From contig OZ242029.1 in NCBI GenBank assembly GCA_965205015.1, forward strand, positions 3,552,001 through 3,616,000: DNA of 64,000 nt. Reading direction: 5' to 3'. The DNA comes from Candidatus Poribacteria bacterium. Lineage in GTDB: Bacteria > Poribacteria > WGA-4E > WGA-3G. A model generated the notes under the pieces. That model saw nothing but the letters and a program-made list of their open reading frames with translations, was not told the DNA's origin and did not search any database. Position 1 is the first letter of the stretch. Each line of letters starts with the position of its first letter. Positions 48,027 to 56,860 of this stretch are shown in pieces. The position numbers were made by a program, and so were the translations under genes.

Positions 48027-49967
48027 CTAAAAACTATAAAACCAGAGGAGGTTGAATTGCACACTTTGTTCTGATTCAAAAGCCTGTGCAACATTAAAGC
48101 GTAGAAAAGAGTCGCTTGCCCCCATTTGGAAACCTATGCCCGCATCGCTCTTCGGCATACGTGTGGATGTTTCGTCATTTCTGTTCCATGTTTGACCTGC
48201 ATCGAGGAAAAACACCAGAAAGAGATTAAAGTCAAAATCAAATGGCATGTTTCTCCGGGTGAACAGTTCAGATAAAGGGTAGAAATATTCGATATTGAAG
48301 AGGTAGCCGCGGTCCCCTGCGAAAGCGTAGAGCGGGTAGCCGTTCAATATCCCTGGACCCCCAATGGTAAATTGACGTTGAATCGGTAGGGATGCGGTTG
48401 AAAAACTACCGACTGCGCGAGTTCGTATTTTGTGTTTACCGAGTGGATGTGCATAGCGGAGATGGAGTTGATAGCGCGTGAAATCGAAATCCGAGCCGAG
48501 GGCGGTCCTGCTATGTTCCAGAAGGAAAGTGTTATGCCAACCGAGGTGACTGGTGCGGAGGTTAAGATCGTATGTGAACAGGACGCTCCGCATCCGACCG
48601 GGTGTTATTACTGGGTTTTCCCGCGCTTTTGACGTTGAACGCCAATTGAAAAGATGCCAATCTGTGCTTTTTTCCAGACTCTTGTGATTTTCAGCAAGAA
48701 GCGTCAGCGTAACTAAGTGCTTTGGGGGAATATACGCCATGCGTGGCAGCTCCTGCCATCGGAAGGCTATTTCAAAGCCGCGCCTTAAATAGTAGTTGTG
48801 TAAGTCTTCGGCACCAAAGATATTATAGAACAAACCGAACGGGTCATTGAAAGAATTGCCAACACGGTAGGGAATCACGTTGTCAGGTGTGATGTCGGTC
48901 GTGCGATGGAGCTTGGCATTGATGCCAAACCCATGATACCATTTGTCAGCGTCCGCTTCGGGAGTGTTAAATCGTGTGTATGTCGCAAACGGCAATGTAT
49001 CTATGCCAATTTCATAATCCGTTACCTTATTGGCAAACCCGTAGCCTATATACCCAAAGATATTTGAGGTTGGCATATCATTTGGAAGACGCGCCCTTGC
49101 GAAATCAATTTTAGAGGTAGTCCCCAATTTCCAACCTGAAACGCGGTTAAATCTAAGCATCGGGGTGGCTGTGAAGGAACCGGAAGATTGAGATGGCGTT
49201 CGTTCCTTGACGGTAATCACGGCGGTATGCCTGCCATTTTTTTGCTCAACACTCGATTCTACTTTCTCTAATTGAGAACCCATTTTTTTTCGCAGGGCTT
49301 CTACCGCTTTATTGATGTCCTCGTCCCCTGCTTCAAGCGTTTCGAGAATCTCCGTCTGATCGATTTTCTGGTTGCCTTTAATCTGAATTTCGTAAATTGG
49401 GGAACCGTCGGTAAGTCGGAATCCCGTCGGCGAAGATAAAGAGCGTTTATCAATCTCCAACGCCGGCAGCGATTTCAATTCAGGGATCTCAATGCCGAGT
49501 TCACCGAGATTCGCTAAGAGCTGACCTACCTGTTCTACAGGGATACTGCCAACAATGTTTAGCAGATAGATGTCCGCATCGCCTTTCACGACTGCAAAGA
49601 TGCCTGTGAAGGTGTTATCTGCCTGCGGATTTTGCATAGCGGTTCCGTTCGGGACATAGAGTCGAACTCTATCCTCTTCCTGGATGCCGTGCCAGTTTTT
49701 CGATTTCAGGTTCTCGCCGTAGTATTGCGCGAGTTTATCGTAAATACCTGTTTCACCATCGTAGATTTGGATGTAAAGATCGGTCACTGTATTGAAGGGG
49801 ACTGTCGTAACGGCGAGCGTGATCAGCTCACGGGTGAAGTGGAATTGAAACTTGGCGTTTGGTATATCGGGGCAATCGAAAGGGATTGTGCCGTCTGGCG
49901 TTTCAGCAAACGTTTGCGCGGATACAGTAAGCGTTAGAAAGGCTATGATATATAATATGTACTTCAT
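48027..49967 (-). CDS. Omp85/BamA-like outer-membrane protein (copy A, one POTRA-like segment)
   Basis: Paralogue of 42115-44544; YLLNIVGSIP; IYEIQIKGNQKID; FNRVSG; GILNGY; FLDAGQTW; ends WFYSF. Confidence 0.75.
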   Translation of the reverse strand: MKYILYIIAFLTLTVSAQTFAETPDGTIPFDCPDIPNAKFQFHFTRELITLAVTTVPFNTVTDLYIQIYDGETGIYDKLAQYYGENLKSKNWHGIQEEDRVRLYVPNGTAMQNPQADNTFTGIFAVVKGDADIYLLNIVGSIPVEQVGQLLANLGELGIEIPELKSLPALEIDKRSLSSPTGFRLTDGSPIYEIQIKGNQKIDQTEILETLEAGDEDINKAVEALRKKMGSQLEKVESSVEQKNGRHTAVITVKERTPSQSSGSFTATPMLRFNRVSGWKLGTTSKIDFARARLPNDMPTSNIFGYIGYGFANKVTDYEIGIDTLPFATYTRFNTPEADADKWYHGFGINAKLHRTTDITPDNVIPYRVGNSFNDPFGLFYNIFGAEDLHNYYLRRGFEIAFRWQELPRMAYIPPKHLVTLTLLAENHKSLEKSTDWHLFNWRSTSKARENPVITPGRMRSVLFTYDLNLRTSHLGWHNTFLLEHSRTALGSDFDFTRYQLHLRYAHPLGKHKIRTRAVGSFSTASLPIQRQFTIGGPGILNGYPLYAFAGDRGYLFNIEYFYPLSELFTRRNMPFDFDFNLFLVFFLDAGQTWNRNDETSTRMPKSDAGIGFQMGASDSFLRFNVAQAFESEQSVQFNLLWFYSF

Positions 49968-50094
49968 ATTTATTTTTTTGCATGTATGGTTTTCGGAGAT
50001 TGCAAAGGTTATTATAATAACTTAAGCGTCCATTGTCAAATTGCCTATAAAAGGTTTAACGATGGGTTTACAAAACGCGTTTACGAAATAGAAA

Positions 50095-50154
50095 AGGCGT
50101 GCTTGGGAAGCACGCCTACGATAGATAGTAGGGGTTGGGTAACCCACCCCCTAC
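50095..50154. repeat. Two adjacent GTAG-type REP-like palindromes
   Basis: aggcgtgctt-ggg-aagcacgcctac and gtagggg-ttgggtaaccca-ccccctac. Confidence 0.7.
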
Positions 50155-53100
50155 AACGATTCATCGAGATCGAAACGTAGGACACCCCGGTTCGCGGTGC
50201 CAACATACAGTGTGTTACTATCAACAGCGAAAGAGATAACAGAACCCGGAAGTTCGGGGGTTGCCCGTTTCCATATATGAGAACCCGCTTTCAACAGATA
50301 CACGTGTTCGTCAGTCTGTCCATACACCGTTGTGCCTTCCACTGCCAATCGGGAGACGACGAGTGGATTCCCTTCAGCATCAGTTGTCGCGTGCCAGTGA
50401 GTGCCGTCGCCCGAATACGCAACACCCTTGTCAGTTGCCACATAAACGGTGGGTCCCGCGAAAACTATCGCCTCGAATTTCTCAAAAGAGAACGGGATAT
50501 CTGCTGTAATATCGCTCCACGTGTCCCCTTCATCAAACGATTGAAGGAGGTGTCCCTCCCGTTTTCCGACGTAAACAGTGCTATCTGACACAGCGATTTT
50601 GAAACCCATAGAACTAAAGGTATCATAAGAGGTAGAGACATCAGCCGAATAATCGAAAGGACCGGACAATAGAGATGCAACAGGGTCCTCGCCTTTATCG
50701 ACTAACCCCGTGTTGTGCCATTCATGCATACCGGGTTGCCATCTGTAAAGCGTCTTCCCGTATTCTACATAGTAGGTATCGCCACTCGCGGCAAAGTTTC
50801 CGATAAACTGCATCATACTGGCTGCGGCTTGTTCTTGTATAACCTTATTCATGGTTTCGTTTAACTGGTTAAAATCAATATCCTCGGGATTGGGTGGCAC
50901 GCCTTTTTCAAGATTTTGCTTAGCCTTGTCGGTAAATGCTTGCATCATAATTTTGTTTATTTCTTCGTCCCTTTTATGGGACTTGACGATTTCAAAACCA
51001 GGCATACCGTCTATAAATTGTAGGCTGTGGTCCTCGATGGATAGATGACATATCGGCGAAGGGGTATCCATGTGATTCCCTCTCTTTACATACAGTGTCT
51101 CGTTAAATGCCCTAATAATGACACCGGCGTCAATCTCACTGGGAAGCGGGGTCCACGATTCACCCCTGTCTGTTGAGGAGACGAATCCATTTGTTGAATT
51201 TGCATAGAGTTTCCCCTTAACGGCGATGAGCGTCTGAACCGGAGTGCCCACGAGCCCTGTATTGAAATCATACCACGTTTTACCACCATCAATTGTGGTC
51301 TGAACCCCAGAAGGGGCACCTTTGTAGAAAGTATTCTCGTTCATCATCAGCACAGGTGGAGGCACGTTGTAACCTGACCCACCCTTTACGTCTAAGGCAG
51401 TCCAGGTTTCCCCGGTATTCATCGAGTAGAAAAGGTTTCCAAAGGCATCTACGACGACAACCCTTCCGTGCGTCGTGAAGAGCTTAACACTGGGCAGATA
51501 GATCTCTGTTGCCTCTGCACCTGGGAATGGAAAACTCATCCCGAATTGTCCAGGTTGCTGTCTCTCTTCCTCCTGCTCCTGTCTCTTCCGTGGATCTATG
51601 GAATACCATGTATCGCCTTGATCGGTTGAGCGGTAAAGTGACCACTGGGTATTCCCTGTCATCGAAGATCTAAGTTGCATCCCGATCTGATTCTGATTTG
51701 TAAGTTCGCTCCCTGGGGCAACATAGAGACGATGTTCATCGACGGCTAAGGCATGGATGGGGAGTTGATTTTCGGACATTTCTGCTGGACGAATGGTCAA
51801 TTTTTTCCATGTATCCATATCGCGGCGATAGAGTCCGTTGTCGGTGCCAGCAAACAGGGTGTTTTCAACGGCGGCAATCGCACGAATTTTTCGACCCGCG
51901 AGGTTCTCATCGTTCAGAGGTATCCACGATTTGCCAGCGTCCAGAGAACGGAATACACCTTCAATGAGAGCAAGGTTCAGGGTCACGTCGGCTGCTGCTC
52001 CGGGAACCGCATCCGTTATGACGAACCCAACGGGCTGACCTTTTGGGTGTGCGCCGAGCGAAGTCCACGTCTCACCGTAATCTGTAGAAGTCAACACCTC
52101 CGCATCGATAGCACTGTAGAGTGTATCGTCCCGCTCTACCATTTGTTGTGTGCTCCCTATTATGTAATCTTTCATGTTGAGTGAGGTTAGACTTCCAGCG
52201 ATGACGAGTTTCCATGAATGTCCGTCGTCTGAGATTTTGTAAAGATTCGTGTAGCTGCCCGCATAGATGTCTCCACGCGTTGTGGTGAAGAGGGTATTGA
52301 CGAGCCCTCCTGCGGGTCCGTTCGTTTGGATCCACTGCGGTTTTGGCGTTGAGATCTCAGTTTCGTCAGCAAGTGCGGCGGCGAAGAGGCGGGCATCGGG
52401 TTGCTGACCGGCACCGAGGTTTTTTCCGGGTGTCGGTGAACTTCCTACCTGATTCCGCGCTGCGGGTTTCGCGGGTGAATCTAAAACAAAAACCGCCTCA
52501 ATGAGTTCAACCGTCCGTTCCGATGTGGCGTTTAAATCGTAAGGTTTCTGGAAACGGGAGAGATGCTGTGTGCCAACCCCCAACAATAGGAAAATCGCGA
52601 TAGCAGATACCGCTGAAAGTGCCCAAGGCACGATGGGTTTATTTGGCGTGGGTGCTGTGGGGGTAATCCGTGAGATTTCCCGCATGATGTTTTCTGTCAG
52701 ATGCGCGGGCAGTTGAAAACTGCCAAGGTTTTGTTGGATCATGTGTTCTTCCTTCTTGAGACGATTGCGAGCACGGCTGAGTCGGCTTTTCACAGTATTT
52801 GGAGAGACACCGAGAAACTCGCTGATGGTTTTGATTGTCATTTCACCGAGGTAGTGGAGTGTCATCACGGTGCGTTCGCTTTCGGGTAGTTTTTGGAGAA
52901 GCTTCTTGACGACCTCACGGCGCGTTTCATCGGCTTCAGTTGCTTGGTTTTCTGCGACGTATCGAGAGTATGACACTTGATTCACCTCACTCATATCCGT
53001 AGTTTCTAAAGATTGTTCCGGTGGGGAACTCTTTTGGAACCAGTCAGCACACAAGCGTGCCGCAATGACATACAGCCATCCGGCAAACAAATTGTGATTT

Positions 53101-53291
53101 TTGAGGGTTCCGAGTTTCTGGTATGCCCTGAAGAACGCGTCCTGCGTAATTTCCTCTGCGATGTGAAAATCGCCGATTTTCCGCCACACCAGCGCGTGAA
53201 CCCCTTTCTGATACTTGTTGACGAGAAACCCGAATGCGTCTTGGTCGCCTTGTAGTACCCGTTGAATGAGTTCAGCATCTTTCTGATTCAT
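50151..53291 (-). CDS. ECF sigma factor fused to a TM helix and a BNR/Asp-box beta-propeller (1046 aa)
   Basis: AEEITQDAF, FAGWLYVIA, LPESER, TVKSRLSRAR; TM PWALSAVSAIAIFLLLGVG; repeated S.D.G.TW blades. Confidence 0.9.
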   Translation of the reverse strand: MNQKDAELIQRVLQGDQDAFGFLVNKYQKGVHALVWRKIGDFHIAEEITQDAFFRAYQKLGTLKNHNLFAGWLYVIAARLCADWFQKSSPPEQSLETTDMSEVNQVSYSRYVAENQATEADETRREVVKKLLQKLPESERTVMTLHYLGEMTIKTISEFLGVSPNTVKSRLSRARNRLKKEEHMIQQNLGSFQLPAHLTENIMREISRITPTAPTPNKPIVPWALSAVSAIAIFLLLGVGTQHLSRFQKPYDLNATSERTVELIEAVFVLDSPAKPAARNQVGSSPTPGKNLGAGQQPDARLFAAALADETEISTPKPQWIQTNGPAGGLVNTLFTTTRGDIYAGSYTNLYKISDDGHSWKLVIAGSLTSLNMKDYIIGSTQQMVERDDTLYSAIDAEVLTSTDYGETWTSLGAHPKGQPVGFVITDAVPGAAADVTLNLALIEGVFRSLDAGKSWIPLNDENLAGRKIRAIAAVENTLFAGTDNGLYRRDMDTWKKLTIRPAEMSENQLPIHALAVDEHRLYVAPGSELTNQNQIGMQLRSSMTGNTQWSLYRSTDQGDTWYSIDPRKRQEQEEERQQPGQFGMSFPFPGAEATEIYLPSVKLFTTHGRVVVVDAFGNLFYSMNTGETWTALDVKGGSGYNVPPPVLMMNENTFYKGAPSGVQTTIDGGKTWYDFNTGLVGTPVQTLIAVKGKLYANSTNGFVSSTDRGESWTPLPSEIDAGVIIRAFNETLYVKRGNHMDTPSPICHLSIEDHSLQFIDGMPGFEIVKSHKRDEEINKIMMQAFTDKAKQNLEKGVPPNPEDIDFNQLNETMNKVIQEQAAASMMQFIGNFAASGDTYYVEYGKTLYRWQPGMHEWHNTGLVDKGEDPVASLLSGPFDYSADVSTSYDTFSSMGFKIAVSDSTVYVGKREGHLLQSFDEGDTWSDITADIPFSFEKFEAIVFAGPTVYVATDKGVAYSGDGTHWHATTDAEGNPLVVSRLAVEGTTVYGQTDEHVYLLKAGSHIWKRATPELPGSVISFAVDSNTLYVGTANRGVLRFDLDESL

Positions 53292-53374
53292 TAATTAAAG
53301 GTCCCCTTCGGAATCGTAACATCTTTTAACTTAAGTGACAGGTTTTAGCCATCAGAAGGTTGCATTATTTTTTA

Positions 53375-53587
53375 GTAGTTTTCAGTTTTCAGTTTTCAGT
53401 TTTCAGTTAAAAGAGACTTTCGTTAAACGAGAACTGCTTTCTTTAACTGATAATTTATAGTAAAGTTTAGAATTAATTAGACACTTTAAAGAGGCGAGGA
53501 TACAATCCTCGCCAGCGGCGGAGAGGATTGTTTCGCTAAGCAACTGTCTACATATTTTTCGACTTTACTATAATTGATAACTGACAG
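53375..53587. repeat. Inverted heptamer-array element interrupted by a MITE
   Basis: (AGTTTTC)x4 left arm; ACTGATA/ATTGATA/ACTGACA right arm. Confidence 0.7.
53456..53572. mobile_element. 117-bp MITE-like element
   Basis: Imperfect 28-bp terminal inverted repeats (TATAGTAAAGT...TAGACA / TGTCTA...ACTTTACTATA); ATT on both flanks; internal GGCGAGGA/TCCTCGCC hairpin. Confidence 0.7.
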
Positions 53588-53630
53588 GATTTTCGGAGAA
53601 AAACCGAACCGGAAGTTGTTTAATTTGGGG

Positions 53631-54884
53631 TTATTCCGTTCTTAGTGCCTCAATTGGGGAGATGTGCGAGGCGCGGATCGCAGGATAGAGTCCGAAAACG
53701 ATACCGATGCAAGCGGAGATGCTAACGGAGACTGTCATCCAGTGCAGGGAGATGACGACGGGCCAGTGAGGAATTACCTTAACGACTTTGACAGCGATAT
53801 GTGAACAAAGGTAGCCTGTGCCGATGCCGAGAAGAATCCCCAACAAGCCACCGATACCGCACATCACGATCGCCTCAATCAAAAACTGCAAGAAAATGTC
53901 GCGCCCCTTCGCGCCAATTGCGCGACGGATTCCGATCTCACGGGTGCGTTGGTTGACTGAAACCAGCATCATGTTCATAATTCCGACACTTCCGACAAAC
54001 AGTGAAAATCCGGCGATACTGCTCAGCATGATTTTGATGATTCGACTGATTTTATCGAGTTCTTTGACAGCGGCACTTGCAAAACTAATATCGAAAAAAT
54101 CGTCTTGATTCCGATGCCTTTTTCTTAAAACGGCTTTCACTTCTTCAGCGGCTTTCTCGATGGAATCCGCATCCACCGCCCTGACGTTGAGATAATTGAC
54201 ATAGTGTGTCCCTTTAAATCTGTCTTGTGCGGTTGTCAACGGTATGTACACGATGTCGTCCCAACTAAATCCGTATTGGAGGCTTGTGCCGCGTTCTGCC
54301 ATGACACCTAAGATACGGAAACGGTCGGGTCTTCCACCTTGAAGCGACAGCTTAATTTCTTTGCCGATCGGATTCTGGTCTCCAAAGAGTTCTGTTGTGA
54401 CTTCTAAGCCAAGCACACAGACCTTTCTACGGTTATTGAAATCATCATCGGAGAAAAAGCGCCCCTGTTGAATCTTCCACTCCATCCCAATTGGGAAGTA
54501 TGAATTGACACCCTCACATTCCGTCCATTTTGTCGCCCCGGCTTCTGCTTGCGCAAGCACCGCAGAAGAAACGATGGGTATTACGGATTCAACGGACGGG
54601 CATTCGGCTTCAATCGCTAAAACGTCTTCATACCTCAATTGCTCACTACTACGATTTGGAAACACGCGATCCCCGCGCCAGATCCATGGATTTCGCCGAA
54701 CGGTAAAATGAGCACCAAACTTTTCGAACTCTTGCGTGACGATGTGCTTCGCCCCTTCGCCAACAGCGAGCATTGCAAGGACAGCGGCAACACCGATAAC
54801 GATACCCAGCATTGTGAGTGCCGAACGCATTTTTTCTTGCAAAATGGCAGAGAGTCCCGTCGAGATGCCTTCGTAAAGTTTCAT
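53631..54884 (-). CDS. MacB/FtsX-family ABC transporter permease
   Basis: RSALTMLGIVIG, GIMNMMLVSV..RTREIGIRRAIGA, GLYPA...PIEALR; GGAG SD before ATG 54884. Confidence 0.92.
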   Translation of the reverse strand: MKLYEGISTGLSAILQEKMRSALTMLGIVIGVAAVLAMLAVGEGAKHIVTQEFEKFGAHFTVRRNPWIWRGDRVFPNRSSEQLRYEDVLAIEAECPSVESVIPIVSSAVLAQAEAGATKWTECEGVNSYFPIGMEWKIQQGRFFSDDDFNNRRKVCVLGLEVTTELFGDQNPIGKEIKLSLQGGRPDRFRILGVMAERGTSLQYGFSWDDIVYIPLTTAQDRFKGTHYVNYLNVRAVDADSIEKAAEEVKAVLRKRHRNQDDFFDISFASAAVKELDKISRIIKIMLSSIAGFSLFVGSVGIMNMMLVSVNQRTREIGIRRAIGAKGRDIFLQFLIEAIVMCGIGGLLGILLGIGTGYLCSHIAVKVVKVIPHWPVVISLHWMTVSVSISACIGIVFGLYPAIRASHISPIEALRTE

Positions 54885-54895
54885 GTCTCCATACC

Positions 54896-56695
54896 TCAAA
54901 CGTACCATTGCGCTTGCGCTTTGAAGAACTGGGCATAAAGTCCATCTTCTGCAAGTAACGTCTCGTGGTCACCGTCCTCGACAATGCTTCCGTTGTCAAG
55001 GACGAGAATCCGGTCGCAGGTGCGGACAGAAGAGAGCCGGTGTGAGATGAGCACAGAGGTGCGCCCGACACTCCGTTCAATAAATCGTTCGTAGACGGCT
55101 TGTTCAGCGAGCGGATCGAGTGCAGCGGTGGGTTCATCGAGGACAACGAGCCATGGGGTTTCCCGCATGAAACTCCGGGCTGTTGCGAGTCGTTGCCATT
55201 CACCACCGGAAAGATCGCGTCCACCGAAGGTGGGACCGAGGACGGTCTCGTAACCCTCTGTGAGTCCATCAACCACCGAAACTGCGCCACCGGCGATAGA
55301 TGCCGTTTCCATGCGTTCTGGATGTTCCAAGTCGCCGAAGGTAATGTTCTCGCGTGCGGTAAGATGGTACTGCGTAAAGTCCTGAAACACGGCACTGCAG
55401 TGTGTTAGCCACGCTCGACGATTCTCTTCGGTTAGTGGTATCTCTCCGACGCGAATGCTGCCGGTGTGTGGACGGTAGAGTCCCAATAACACACGTGCCA
55501 ATGTGGTTTTCCCCGCGCCATTGGGCCCAACGATTGCGACCCGTTCGCCTTTTTTGAATGTGAGTGTTACATCCGTTAACGCTGGTTCTTGCGAATTTGG
55601 ATAAAAATATGAGAGGTCTTCCACCGCAATATCTTGAACCCCATCGTTTCCGTCGAATTCATTTATTTCTGTATCCGCTGTGTCAGAATCTCGAGTATCG
55701 GACTGGCTGTCAAGGAACCGATACAGGTCCCCGAACAGTGGACGCATCTCTTCAACGATCGCTTGGAATTGAAAGGCGACAGCATCCCAGATACCGTCTA
55801 ATTGGACCAAGGCGGCGGCAGCGGCGATATAGGTGCCGACGGTCAACTCGCCACGAAAGACCTCTAACAACAAAAGGATAAGCGAACCGGCGTATAACAA
55901 CCCGCGTGTGGTATCGAGGGCGAGACAGACTGAGAATTTCCGCCGTCGTATGCCCATTTGTCCGTCTATGAGCGATTTGCCCAACCGATACCAGTGTTCT
56001 ATCCATGCGTTTTGGGTTTGGTATAACCGAACCTCTTTGCCAGCCCCGCGATCCGTCAGGATCCCTTCCAATGCATCCTGTTCGCGCCGTTGAGGGGTCT
56101 GCGCCACGTCAAAACCGTAAAGATCCGCCGAAAAACGCGTGTCGCTCCACCAAGATGCGATGCCCGTCAATGCGGGTAGTAATGCCAACAGTGGATGATA
56201 CTGCCAAAGGACGATCCCGAGTGTAACAACGCTGATGAGTTGTTGAAGACTGTCAACGAGATGCCAGAGGATATTCTGGAGCGCGAGTCCGGAGACGGCG
56301 CGTGCCCGTTCCAGTGAATCTTGAAATTCTGCAGTCTGTATATCGATGAGTTCTGTTGTATCGACTTTCCGGGCAATACCATCGTTAATCCAGATTTCAA
56401 TGTTTTCACCTAAGTGGGTATACAGCGGTTCGCGCAGTAGATCGGCACCCGTGCTAAGAATACGTAAACCGAGCAATCCGATGAGCCACGGTAAAACCGT
56501 CTGCCACCAATTTGCGTCGCCGATCGCATCGGTGATTGCATTGACCAAGCGTTCTGTCACGAAAAACTGGCAGGCAGGCACAATACCCGGTAATAAGGTG
56601 AGCAGGAACATGCCCAAGACTGCAAGCCAACCGCTCTGCCAAATAACAACCAAAGTTCGGGCATAAGCAATGAAACTTTCCTTTAGCGTTTGCAT
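54896..56695 (-). CDS. ABC exporter, fused TMD + NBD
   Basis: GPNGAGKT, LSGGEWQR, LDEPTAALD, ISHR. Confidence 0.93.
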   Translation of the reverse strand: MQTLKESFIAYARTLVVIWQSGWLAVLGMFLLTLLPGIVPACQFFVTERLVNAITDAIGDANWWQTVLPWLIGLLGLRILSTGADLLREPLYTHLGENIEIWINDGIARKVDTTELIDIQTAEFQDSLERARAVSGLALQNILWHLVDSLQQLISVVTLGIVLWQYHPLLALLPALTGIASWWSDTRFSADLYGFDVAQTPQRREQDALEGILTDRGAGKEVRLYQTQNAWIEHWYRLGKSLIDGQMGIRRRKFSVCLALDTTRGLLYAGSLILLLLEVFRGELTVGTYIAAAAALVQLDGIWDAVAFQFQAIVEEMRPLFGDLYRFLDSQSDTRDSDTADTEINEFDGNDGVQDIAVEDLSYFYPNSQEPALTDVTLTFKKGERVAIVGPNGAGKTTLARVLLGLYRPHTGSIRVGEIPLTEENRRAWLTHCSAVFQDFTQYHLTARENITFGDLEHPERMETASIAGGAVSVVDGLTEGYETVLGPTFGGRDLSGGEWQRLATARSFMRETPWLVVLDEPTAALDPLAEQAVYERFIERSVGRTSVLISHRLSSVRTCDRILVLDNGSIVEDGDHETLLAEDGLYAQFFKAQAQWYV

Positions 56696-56825
56696 TTTTT
56701 AATTTTTCCTTGCGATTCGATCCAGTCGCATTGGCATTTACCATCCACCTCTGTAGAGCCGTTCTCCATTTCATTCCGAACTCGGTTTTTGGAACTGTCC
56801 TGATTAATTTTTCCTTGCGGTTCGG
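56696..56825. repeat. Dispersed ~105-bp-period repeat (TAATTTTTCCTTGCG family)
   Basis: Motif copies at 56700 and 56805. Confidence 0.7.
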
Positions 56826-56860
56826 TGGCGGTAGACGGTTTCCATTCTTGTGAGTAGTTT

